A DNA stretch of 64,000 nucleotides from Chiloscyllium plagiosum. Taxonomy: Eukaryota. The DNA is taken from assembly GCF_004010195.1 (NCBI RefSeq), contig NC_057718.1, positions 50,588,747 through 50,652,746 of the forward strand. The letters are read 5' to 3'. The position numbers and the translations under genes were made by a program. Below, in pieces: positions 51,871 through 63,592 of this stretch. Within the stretch, counting starts at the first letter, position 1; each line of letters begins with the position of its first letter. The notes beneath the pieces were generated by a model. The model searched no databases. It saw only the letters and a list, made by a program, of their open reading frames with translations, and had not been told where the DNA came from.

Positions 51871-52434
51871 GATCTCTTGGGTGAGTATGAAATATCACAT
51901 TTTTTTTGCAGATTTTGTTGATCTGGTGCATTTTGCAAACTATAGCAATGGTTACACCGTTACACCGAAGATGGGAATTATTGTTGGCTTATCTCTGTGG
52001 ATTCATACCTATATCCATCAGCAGGTAATGTGTCAATAGTAACACCTTTTTTCTTATTAAAAGGATCCTTATGGAAGGCTTTAATTGATGCTGAATTGAT
52101 GAAACTCAATTAATCTCTCTGAAACTCTCTTTGGAATGGTCACAGTCATACTCTTTGCAGTGTTAAGCTTGAAGTTAATTATAAACTTTAGCTAGTCTCC
52201 ACGAACCTCCTCGATATTTTTTGGATCTTTCTGATTATGGGTGTTTCTGAAGTGTTCACTCTGCAAAACCCTCTTTGCAATTAACATATAAGATACGTAG
52301 TGCACATTTTATTTTCTGGATCACTCTCTTGCTTGCTCTGTTAAATAGAATTGCATATATTGTTTGAATGGTTGTAATTCAGAAAGGCAATTACTGGATG
52401 CCTAATCCATCACGAGGTTTCTGCTATTCTAAGG

Positions 52435-53040
52435 CAAGATGGCAGCAGAGTAGTACGCTCCTGCAGGAGCTCCCCTGCTCTGCCTGTTCTTTTTCCTTTA
52501 TTATTTTCCCCTTTATTTCTTCTTCTTCTTCTTCTTCTCTCCCCTTAGCACCAGAGGCAAATCCTAGAGCTGCGGCAGGCACTGGACCTGCAAGCCTCAG
52601 GTCAACATGCAGACTGTGAGCTCTGCGTGGAGACCAGTACAGGGAGACAGTCCTGGAACTTTCTTTGGAATAACTGTGCGCTGGTACAGAGTGGACTGGG
52701 GTTTGGAATGGAGCGGGGATGGCTGTTGTACTGGGGTCTGGCACATGCGGTCAGACCATGTGTGGAGGCCCTGTGCTGAGCTGCTGCAATGTAATATCAA
52801 TTTGAAACATTCTACTTTACTTTAATGCCAAATCTTTAATGATGTCCTCTTTTTAAAACTTATTTTTTCAAATCTGTAAAGTAATGTGACTACTTTCACT
52901 ACTCTGATGTATCCATGAATTGTATTGAGGTACTTGTACCAAAGATGTTTTTATAAGAAGGCAGACATTGTAAAAGCTTTTCACTGTGCTCATACAATGG
53001 AGCACATAACAATAAAAGGCTTTTCTATTTGATACTCTAT
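52435..53040 (+). mobile_element. Non-autonomous element with CAAGATGGC head and Rex1-like tail
   Basis: caagatggcagcagagtag, pyrimidine tract, GC-rich body, gtacttgtaccaaagatg...aagctttttcactgtgct...cacataacaataaaa. Confidence 0.7.
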
Positions 53041-54139
53041 CCATGATTCCACCTTAAATATATTGAGCCATACTACATTATGCTCCATGTTCCTAGCTTC
53101 ATGTTCCTGTAGATTAAAGATGGTCCTTTCCTTAAGAATATAATCTTTGCAGCTGTGGTATGAGAAACTATCACTTATTTATCAACAGTCAGGAACAGAG
53201 TTTTTGAGCTTTGCAGCTTTCTGCACTGCACTGGTTTTGTCTTTCAGCTCAAAATTGCACTTAATCCTTTGAATCTGACTTTCAAGTAGGCAATCTCAAT
53301 AATTTATTTATCTTAAAAGAACTTAAATTCTAATCAACAAGAAATTAGCTCTGCTTTCTTGGTGGTAAATGCCCTATTTACAGCTTTGCGCAGATGTATG
53401 TAATCATGGAAACGGATTTTGAGTTTTTGAATCATGGAATTCTTTTGGTGATCCAAATTTTCTGTTTTCCAAAGATGTTGTCCAGTTGGTCTTTAATTAT
53501 TTTCCAAAATATCATTATCAAGATATGGAGGATTTTTTTTTTCTAAATGGAAGTATGTTTTGCCTGATGCAGCAATGCCTTTGATATCTCCCATAATAAA
53601 AGAAACTGAACTTGGATATCGCTATAATGAAGAATCTAACAGACATTTTTCCCAGCAACAATTACAAACAAATGTTGCATAAATATCTGGGCTAGCATTC
53701 AACTATCACAACAGAGGAGTATGCTTCCAGTACAGAGTCATCAAGCAATCCAAGTTAATATCAAATAAAAGTTCTTGATATCTTCTTGATATAACCATAT
53801 ATTTTAAACACATATTGACATACTGTCCCTTGAGACCTAACACATCAGTTCCAATGATTTAAAATTTTCATTTATGTTTTGAACACTCAGCTCCTTAAGA
53901 ATTGTGATTTTGAGGCCTCCTGTCTTCACTATCAAGTTGAATGGCCAGTGGGTGCATAGCACAAATACAGAGTGAATTCATCCCATTCATCCCTCTAATT
54001 TGCAGTCTTGTACTATTTATATTCTGGCATCCTGATGTGAAACAGCAATAAGGCTCCCTCTTTGCTCAGTTGTTAACCTGGTTCTGGCTGGCCAGCAGCA
54101 GGGTAAATTTAATGGTGGGGTGGGAACAGCATGGTAAAC

Positions 54140-54474
54140 TTCCCCCCACATTATCCTAGTCCCAAGCCTTCAACTCGGCACTGCACTCCTGACATGTCCA
54201 TCACCTTTCCCATCTATCCACTCCACCCTTGCCCCAACCTATCACCTTCTCCCTCACCTTCATCAACTATCGCTTTCTCAGCTCCCTTCCCCCCAACCCC
54301 ATTTCCCTCCCATTTATCTCTCAGCCTCCCCAGCCCACAAGTCTCATTCCTGATGAAGGGCTTATGCCTGAAATGTCGATTTCCCTCCTTCTCGGATGCT
54401 GCCCGACCTGCTGTGCTTTTCCAGCATCACTCTCTTGACTCTGATCTCCAGCATCTGCAGTCCTTATTTTCTCC
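54140..54474 (+). mobile_element. PLE family A-related 3' end with HHR and tail
   Basis: attcCTGATGAagggcttatgcctGAAAtgtcgatt at ~54346-54381; ends ctgatctccagcatctgcagtccttattttctcc. Confidence 0.85.
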
Positions 54475-56629
54475 CATACCAACTTTGTTGCCCATTTTTG
54501 CTGGTCAAACCAAGTTATAATAAATCATATAATTACTATTCTGTTATTGGTTCTCAGCTGAAAAAATACCAAAATAGCCATCTTCTTATTTTCCTGGATT
54601 TGCTGGTCATCTGGGGGATGGGGAATAATTTGCAGTTCATTTTAATTATAATTTATTTCCAACAAAAATGTGTAGATGAAAGGGAATTCTTACTTCAATT
54701 CCATCTACTGTCCTCATTGCCTTTGAGCACTTGATTAAAGAATTAAAAGTACCATTTACCCTGAAAGCATTGATGCAAAATATAAAATGCATTAATGTGG
54801 CAAATACTAGAAACCCCAGACAATGATTAATTCTTCAATAAACTGACCAGTAATTAACTATTGAATAATTTAATTGAATTCATCCCTCAGGTGAAGAGAG
54901 GGATTTGTTTGAGAGTCACTATTCTCCTTCCTCAAAGGCTGTTACAATATAAGAATAATATTTGGCAACAAAAAGTTGGCCTTATTAATGTAGATAAATG
55001 GGACAATGATATTTATCTTAAGTTTTTGTTGTAAATTTCAATCTCATGTTGCAACTTCGCTCTTGCTTGGAAATCGGATGGTTATAAATTATAGTTAGCT
55101 ATTTAATTCACGTTTGAAATATTATTTTCCTTCGTACAGTTACATTTTAAAATTAATCTATGATAGTTTTGCAAAAAAAAACTTCTTTTTTATTTATGAT
55201 GCATTGAATCATTAATCTCTTTTTTCATGAGCTAGTTCATAGAAGAAATCCATTACTGCTGGAGAATTGTATTGATTGGTTGCCTTTCATTGATCAGAGA
55301 ACAGAGATGACACAAGATGTCATGAATTTGCAAAAGGCTTGACTGATAACATTTTTTTCTTATCAATGAATTGATCTTTATCACAGTAAAGCTGAGATAG
55401 GTAGTGATGGGCAATGGGTTTCACAAGCTGTTTGATTGACAACTCCCTATTTTCCATCATGCCATGCTCTCCTCCACATGGCTTAAACACAACATGAATC
55501 TGTAATTTTCCTTCATACCTTACTTCCTGGAAAACATCCAGTTTTTGTAAGCCATTTCCTAATTGCAGATTTGGGGTGAAATTGGATGACTATGGGGTTT
55601 AATTAGAGTACTGCATATACATTCAACTTCATTATTGTATGAAACTGCTTTAAAAGCTAATACCATCAACAAGGCAGAGCAATGTATTATTAAACACAAA
55701 CAAGTACAAGGGTGTTGCTATGGAGGGAAATGATCAGTAAAAAGTTATCGTGGGGAACAAGTGCATTGAATAAAAGAGTAAAATGGAACAGTTCGTAGCT
55801 GGCGAGCCAGATAGACTCTCTGCTGCAACAGAATGTCAATTATTTCGTTTTATCTCCCGTGCACAAGTCTTTTTTTCTCTTTTAATCACATGCAAGCACA
55901 CAGCTATAAACCTGTTTATAAAGGGAAAGGAGAAAATGTGATGAAATAATATTAATAAGCTATAGCAGCATGAATGAACAAAATGAATGCCAGGCACAGA
56001 GTACTTAGGTGATGATAGTGCAATGTGTAAAATAGGGAATTAATTAGAACATCATCTGTGATACAGAATAGTTGTCGAATGCTGACATTTTTGGATGCAC
56101 ACTTTTGCCTTTCATGATTTTGAAGGCCTGCAAATGACCTAGAATTCCTTGTGACCTATTTCTTCCATTTTGAAGGAATAAAATGCAACCATAGAAGCCA
56201 TAGTTTGTAGTGTTTTGTGGTGTTACTAATTACAAATGTTGAATGAGATACCACACATTTTGACATAGACAGCAGCTTTGGCAGCATCACCACATTATTA
56301 GGTTTTTTTTAATAAGGGAAAATTGTACCTGATCAACTTGTCACAAGATGAAATACAGACAAGAAATAAATAGCTAAGTGTGACTGATCATTTGAGTTAG
56401 ATAGCAGGACGAAATAAAATGCAAATTTCTGGTACATATGGTGGATCAATTACACACCACAAGTTTCTGTTCAAACAATTAGTGAACTTGTCAACATTGG
56501 GATCAAAACCATTAAACAAATATTCATTGTTCAATGGTATCATGAAGGTCCCACCCCAATATTAATTAAAATTCTTTCATTGATCAGATTCAATTCATGG
56601 AAATCATTTCCAGGCCAACCAGTCAGGTA

Positions 56630-56720
56630 AGATTAGAGTGATGCTGGAAAAGCACAGCAGGTCAGGCAGCATTCGAGGAGCAGGAAAATCAACGTTTTTG
56701 GGCAAAAGGCCTTCATCAGG
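56630..56720 (-). mobile_element. PLE family A-related mini-insertion with 19-bp TSD
   Basis: caggcca(a/t)ccagtcaggta at 56611-56629 and 56717-56735. Confidence 0.88.
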
Positions 56721-57742
56721 CCATCCAGTCAGGTAGTTAAGCTTGTGCCCCGTGGAGCAAAGAGGACCAAAGACTGCTCCTCCACGCAACTCAAGGAAAG
56801 CTCAGGTTCCACATACCAAAGGCTTCCAGCTCTTTCTCTGGCCATGATGCTCTCCCCTTCCCTGCGCCCCCCCCTCCCCCTCAACACCCTCATCCCATCC
56901 CCATCCAATCCACCATCACAGTCACTTCTAATCTCCTCCTAGCTATTTATCAGGGATCATTCAATCTCAGTCCCTGGCTGGGTTCTCTTAACTTGCTAGT
57001 CTGCCATCCAGCACATTTGAGAAATTAACATCCACTGGCTCTCACACTGTTGAGATGAGGATCATTTCTTACCACTCCCAAAACCCACTCAAACAATTAT
57101 GCCTTGAGTTAAACTCAAAGCATCACTGTTAGAGGTACTAAGCAATTCAATGAAAAATGTATTAATATCATTCATACGATGAATCTGTGCGAAACAAGAG
57201 TATCTTGAAAAGCTCTCCAGCAGATAAGAGCTGGAGTTGTATTGAACTACACTTTGAAGCTTAAATGTGGTGTCAAATTCCTGTGATTAAAAAGCAGTAT
57301 CAGGGCAAGTACAAGTGAGAAGTGAAAGTATGGCTTTGAATTTTCAAGTAGGTATGAACAGGATGGCAAATCTGTGTATAATGAGAAAGTGGCAATGAAT
57401 TGTAGTGCGAACAGGATACCATGCTGAATCAATAGAAAAAATTGCAACTACACAGCAAGAAACATGAACTTTAGGATGAAGCCCTTTGATAAATGAAGGT
57501 ATTCTAGTAAGTTGCTATGAGAACTGTGAAAAGAATGTTATGGTGAATCACCATTATGAACACAAAACATTACAGCAATTCACTGCAAGAAACAATGGAG
57601 CACCATTATTGCCCTAAGATATCAAAGCAGTCTGTGTTTACCTAGGGATATCTATCTAGGCAGACAAATTGAGGAACTTATATCATAAGATATAGGAACA
57701 GAATTAGGCCATTCATTCCATCAAGACTGTTCTGCCAATCTG

Positions 57743-58996
57743 CCACCAGTGTACCATGCCTAGGGGCATCCTTGCCTGCAGCGTAGTAGATAAACAACAT
57801 TATCCAAGTCACAGAAGTACCTGCCGTGTACAAGATGGGCGGCGTCCCCATGTGTAATGGTGGTATCCATGTCGGCACTCTGACACATCTTGCAGTGGCA
57901 GCCGTGACAGATTTGTACACTATTGTTGTCAATGTTTTCCTGCTCTGCCTGCAAGTAAGTATAGCCCGAGGCATGCTACATTGGCCTGACCAAGCAGATG
58001 CTACAACATTGAATGAATGGACACTGTGCAACAATTGCCAAATAGGAGTGTTCCTTCGCATTCAGGGAACACTTCAGTGGTCTGGGACATTCAGCATCGG
58101 ATCTTTGGGTGTCCATCCACTAAGGCAGATGTCAGGATACTCAACAATGCAGAGTGACTGAGCAGAGGCTGATAGTCAAGTTCAGAACCCATGAAGATGG
58201 CCTCAACCAGGACCTTGGGTTCGTGTCACACTACAGGTGACCCTGCTATACTCTGCACTCTCTCACACAGACACACACACATACATACTCACACACTCAC
58301 GCAGATCCTCTCTCATACACATGCTCTGTCTTATATACACATACACACCCCACACACACTCTCACAAGTTTATACTCCATCACATTCACATACACACTTT
58401 ACCAAGCATGCACACAAGCAAACACACACTCTCTTGTGCACTCACACTCAGATGGACGCACTCACACTCTCTCTCATGCTCGCACACACACGTATAAGTA
58501 TACGGGGTGAATTCGCATTTGCAGAATTATATTTGCAAATACATTCTATTTTGCTTAAAAAGTGCACAGTTTGCAGGCAGTCAATCTATGTAATATTTTT
58601 GTAAATTTCTACTTCGGAAATAGTATCAGTCTGACTCAAGATTGGGATCCAGACAGATTCTAACTTCACACCTTCAATATACCAACTGAGCTGAGATGTC
58701 ACTTTTTTTTGAATAAAACATTTAATTATTTTAAGAATGTAACTTAAAAGAAGTTCTGGATTTACATATCAATGAACCGAAACCTGCAACCGAGTCTATA
58801 AGATGAAAGATTTAACAGCAATCTAAGTTTGTTCAAATATCATCTCAGTTGCATGATTTTGTAATATTTTGCTATAAATTGTGTGTTTTCTGATCCTATT
58901 CCACAGTTGCTTGATGAAGGATCAGTGCTCTGAAAGCTATTGCTTCCAAATAAACCTGATGGACTATAACCTGGCGTTGTGAGATTTTTAACTTTC
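57743..58996 (+). mobile_element. PLE family B 3' part with inverted 5' segment (57743-~57945 minus)
   Basis: Minus ORF 57760-57954 (CHGCHCKMCQ...NVVYLLRCRQGCP); plus strand continues GIY-YIG, (CA)n-rich UTR, degenerate HHR ~58910-58942; tail-less end. Confidence 0.85.
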
Positions 58997-61336
58997 TTTT
59001 CCATTGAAGATCAACTCTCATTAAAACACTGAAATGCTCGCTTATTGACAGCATCTACTCCCACCTACTATCACCCTAAATGGCAACTATCCTAGCTTTA
59101 TGCAACAATGGCACTGAAGTGGCAATTAAGTCAGGTCTATTTACCATATTTGTGTTTTCAGTTCACATACCAATGTCGAAATGCTGCATGCAATAAGACA
59201 GAATGCTCTTAACATTGCCTTTTTAACATTATTTAGCATTCTGATCCCATTTAATGGTTATTTTTGCTTTATCCACTTACTCATCTTTTTTTACTATTTC
59301 TTTGCTTATGTTGCCAGTTTTGCATCCCTCCAACCTGAACTGACATTCAAGTTCCCATCCCCTAAATAATGAATCTTGTATCAGTATTGCTGTTCAACTC
59401 TTCATCCTCCCCTTCTGTGCAGTTGAGCCACCCCTGGTACCAATGACATAACTATACTACTCATGTGCTTCTGAGTCTCACAAATGCACCACAGTGTCTC
59501 CTGCAATCTGTCAGTTTCTAAGATCCAGAGCTCAAGCATCTATAACTCATAAAACTTCGTGTAGATGTGTTTGGCTCAGACACATGGTGTATCCTTTATT
59601 TTTCACCTGCTACAGGCTGCACTTTCCAATCGGCCATTCTTTACTTTTTCAAATTAATTATTACCCACTGAATTGTTTACTTGTTACTCACCAATCAGTT
59701 CTCTCCCCATAACAAAATAAGAGTCAAATATTGAAGGATGAAGGAGGTGGTTAAAAGGAGAACTTCTGTTCCCCTTCATTAAACTTTTTCGCTGACCCAA
59801 TTACCAACTATTCATTCAGTTAAAATTACACATGTGTATATATACTACCTGAGACTCAGAGAAGTGTCAGATGTGTGATAGTGAGAGAAACCAGATTAAA
59901 CCAGTTTGTCAATTAACTCATTTCAGCTGCTGTCCGGTAGAGACCTTACTTTTTCACACCCAAAGCTGGAAGAAGTATAAACTGTACATTAAATTTGACT
60001 AAGCAGTGGATTTTACTTTCATACTAAATGCAGAAAAAACCGTGTTTTAACTTTGTTTCTTTTATTCACCAAACTCCCAGTTTCTGAATTCGCCCAAGCT
60101 GAAGTCCATTAATAGAAATGAGTTAATTCTTTTTAATATACCTAATGATATTGACCACTTTCTTAAAAAGGTTTGACTTTTCCCACTATTTTAGCCCCAA
60201 AAACTGACACCAGCTTAGATATTGATATTGCAGTTATCCTGCAGACTACTATACAGCAGGGATCAAGAAATAGTTAGTCGCTAGGTCTGTCCGGAGTTTA
60301 GCCATATGAGGAGTAAAGGATGGCTTGTTTGTCAGCTCACAGAAAGGTGAAGTCACTCACACATTCTGCTGCAGAGGAATCATGAGTCCCTTAACACAGT
60401 AGCTATAGGACAGCAGTGATGACGATTCATGCGGAGTGTTGGGCCATACCATTCGACGTAGAGCAATGTGCAGAGTTTCCCATCTTCACAGCCTCTGCTC
60501 CATCTCCTGGTCACAGTGCAAACCCAAGAGCATTGCCAATGCTGCTCCTAAACCTGTTGTGGCCTCTGTGAGGCAGGTCACATCACTTTCTCTCCTTGTG
60601 CTGGTGCAGCAACACTGCTGCCAAATCTAAGAACTCACTGTCACACCTTCAAAAACACACCAAAGTACTTGAAGATAACTTACAACAGCAGAAGTTTTTA
60701 AAAATTAATGCCATTTAGAAAGTTTGATATAGAGCCCATTTTGCATCTTTGCCACAAGAGAAGTGAAGTTTTTCAATGGACCTGCATGGTCCAAATGAGG
60801 AATTCTAGCAGCACATCATACATGCCAGAGAGCAACTCCGTGAGCTTACAGACATTCTCGTCACTTCCAGTGATGTGAGGAAAACTGAATTCATGTCCCA
60901 CATCTCTTGTGCTGTTGCTAGTCAAAAGGAGAATTTAACCATCTCCCCACCCCAACCAACTGGAATAGGACAGTGCTAATTTGAAGGTAGTGAATGTACA
61001 AGCTGTTTCCACTCAGTTGCCAACATCACTGAGGTCATCCTTGGTTTCTGGAGTCATCCACCTGAATCAGACAGAAAAGTCATTAATTTATGCCAATCAG
61101 CATCCAATGGCATAAGCTTTGGCATGATGGCATTTTAATATCCCACTGAACAGAGCATCTGGTATGGACACTCCTCTCAGTAATTCTTTGAGGTTCAACA
61201 GGAGAGGTCCAGAAAGATAACCTTTGCCTTTACTTTGCTTTGAGGAGAAAGTGAGGTCTGCAGATGCTGGAGATCAGAGCTGGAAATGTGTTGCTGGAAA
61301 GGCGCAGCAGGTCAGGCAGCATCCAGGGAACAGGAG

Positions 61337-61372
61337 AATCGACGTTTCGGGCATAAGCCCTTCTTCAGGAAT
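61337..61372 (-). ncRNA. Minimal hammerhead ribozyme motif (PLE family A), intact core
   Basis: attc CTGAAGA a GGGC ttat GCCC GAAA cg TC gatt on minus strand; palindromic ACGT stem III, GUC triplet. Confidence 0.7.
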
Positions 61373-61637
61373 GGGCTGACCAGGAATTTTGTTTTGCTTT
61401 AACAGAGTGGGCTGTTGCTGAAACATAAGCACACAGTGTTGTGGATTTTGCTTTAACAAAACAGAAGTTTATTAACCAAAGAAATGAAAATAAAATGGAA
61501 TAAACCAAACTCTCTATTTATAGCACAAATTGAAAGACTTCTTACACAAATAGAAAAAGTATGGTTCTTCTAATCCCAAAATATTCCTTTATAAATTGAA
61601 AAGAAAAATGACAGTCTTTGTGTAGTACCCAAAATGT

Positions 61638-61673
61638 ATTCCTGAAGAAGGGTTTATGCCCGAAACGTCGATT
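61638..61673 (+). ncRNA. Minimal hammerhead ribozyme motif (PLE family A), intact core
   Basis: attc CTGAAGA a GGGT ttat GCCC GAAA cg TC gatt. Confidence 0.68.
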
Positions 61674-62593
61674 CTCCTGTTCCCTGGATGCTGCCTGACC
61701 TGCTGCGCCTTTCCAGCAACACATTTCCAGCTTTAATTTGCTTTGCCAACATAAACAGGAGTGATGCTCCTGTCATCAAAAGAATAACGTACATTTCTGC
61801 TAGCATAAGCTCTCCTACCACTACTACTGCCACCCCACCTCGTCTTTCCTTCATGATGTTAATTCTTTCACGATACTATTAACCATATTCCTGGTCAGTT
61901 CACCTTCAGGTCATCATAATATTATGCCTTCCCAATTGGGATGCAGTTTATCACTGACTCAATATAAGCCAGCTCTCCTGCTGTAGAGGAAGAGAAATGG
62001 CCTAAAGTAAAACAGGTTGCCTCCATCCTTTTGCCTAAGATAAATATTGATTTTAAATATTTTATATAGATTCATAGCTTTGCTTTCACTTGAAGGTTTT
62101 TAATTTATATTTATAATATTTACAAGTCTATCACTTAACCTGTAAAGAACTATTTTATGTATGCATCTAACCTCTTTAAAGACCTGAAACATATCTCCTC
62201 ACAGAATTCTTTTCTCCAATTAAAACAAGTTCCATTCTGCACTATGAATTTTATTCCAAGAAGTACTTTGATAAATATTGAGGAATGAAAACAATATATA
62301 CCAGCAAAAAAAATTAGCTTTAGAAAGAAATGTCATCAGAGGGTACAACAATAAAGGGAAAAAAAAAACCTGTTTTCTCTGTGGGATGCAAGTGGTTTAT
62401 TGGAAATCCCAGAGGTATTTGAAAGCTAGTTTGAAAATTATGAGGAAGTAAGAAAGAATAATTATAACATGGGTAGAGTTATAACTTCATTGATAATGTT
62501 TTTGAATATTTATCCACCATCAAAATAACTAACAAATGAGTTATAATACTTTAGATTCTGGGAAGAAACAATATAACCATTATAAGTACCTTT

Positions 62594-63592
62594 TGTTATC
62601 ATCCTAGTTGATACTATTACAGGGCAAATCAGATCCCAGACTGAATCTGGCTTTATAAAGCACATTTTTTTTTGCTTTAACAGAGTGGGCTGTTGCTGAA
62701 ACATAAGCACACAGTGTTGTGGATTTTGCTTTAACAAAACAGAAGTTTATTAACCAAAGAAATGAAAATAAAATGGAATAAACCAAACTCTCTATTTATA
62801 GCACAAATTGAAAGACTTCTTACACAAATAGAAAAAGTATGATTCTTCTAATCCCAAAATATTTCTTTATAAATTGAAAAAAAAATGACAGTCTTTGTGT
62901 AGTACCCAAAATATATTCCTGATACAGTACCCAAGAATACTTTTTGTTTAGTACCTAAGAACACCAGTGATATAGTCCTCAAAACCAGAATCCCCGTCTC
63001 TAACAGCTCAGGAGTTTTAAGTCACTCATGAGTCTAACTAACAAATTAGAATGACACGTTGCTTATTTCTGAAGCTACTATACACTTGAGCTTCAATGTA
63101 CCCAACTTTTATAACCTATTTAGGATTTAACCCAAACTTTTTGCTCCAAGACTAACACTAACTCTTTGTTCTCTAGTAATACAGTTTCACTACATTTTTC
63201 CCGTCTTGGGTGTATTGGTTCATACAGACATCTGCTTCCAAGGCCTTCACAGGACTATTCAAAACTCAAGTGAAATTTGGAAAAAAAACTTTATCTCATG
63301 TAAAGATGTTTCTCTTAAGATTCAAAATAAACCTCTCCTGACCTTGTAACTAGAGTTCATTTATCGTGTTCAGTACTGAAACCCTACCATTGAACACAAA
63401 AAGCCATGACTTCTAAAGTTAGGCCTTAGCATCTATTTTAAATGAAATCATCATGGTGACAGAAAAATTTGTAAGCTAATAATTAACTTCAGAAACAGTG
63501 AAACCAGATATTTCTCGCTAACCCAGAATCTAAGAATCTAAAGTTACAATGAAAGACATCAAAAATATATGAATGACACAGTTTACATCACA
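62594..63592. mobile_element. Solo LTR (probably Ty3/Gypsy)
   Basis: TGTTAT...ATCACA termini with perfect 4-bp TSD cttt (62590-62593 / 63593-63596). Confidence 0.75.

Larger units (their letters stand above)
61243..61732. mobile_element. Twin-arm PLE family A mini-element enclosing 260 bp of captured DNA
   Basis: Minus arm 61243-61373 (with tail), plus arm 61638-61732 (no tail); TSD cttta(c/a)tttgctttg 61228-61242 / 61731-61745; 61386-61645 = 62664-62922. Confidence 0.92.

Noticed and set aside
58191..58604. His/Thr-rich ORFs
   Set aside because: Translation of (CA)n-rich PLE 3' UTR.
61243..61732. Classical MITE / DNA transposon with 95-bp TIRs
   Set aside because: The inverted ends are PLE 3' termini of unequal length and the interior is a copy of the neighbouring LTR; 15-bp TSD does not fit common cut-and-paste families.
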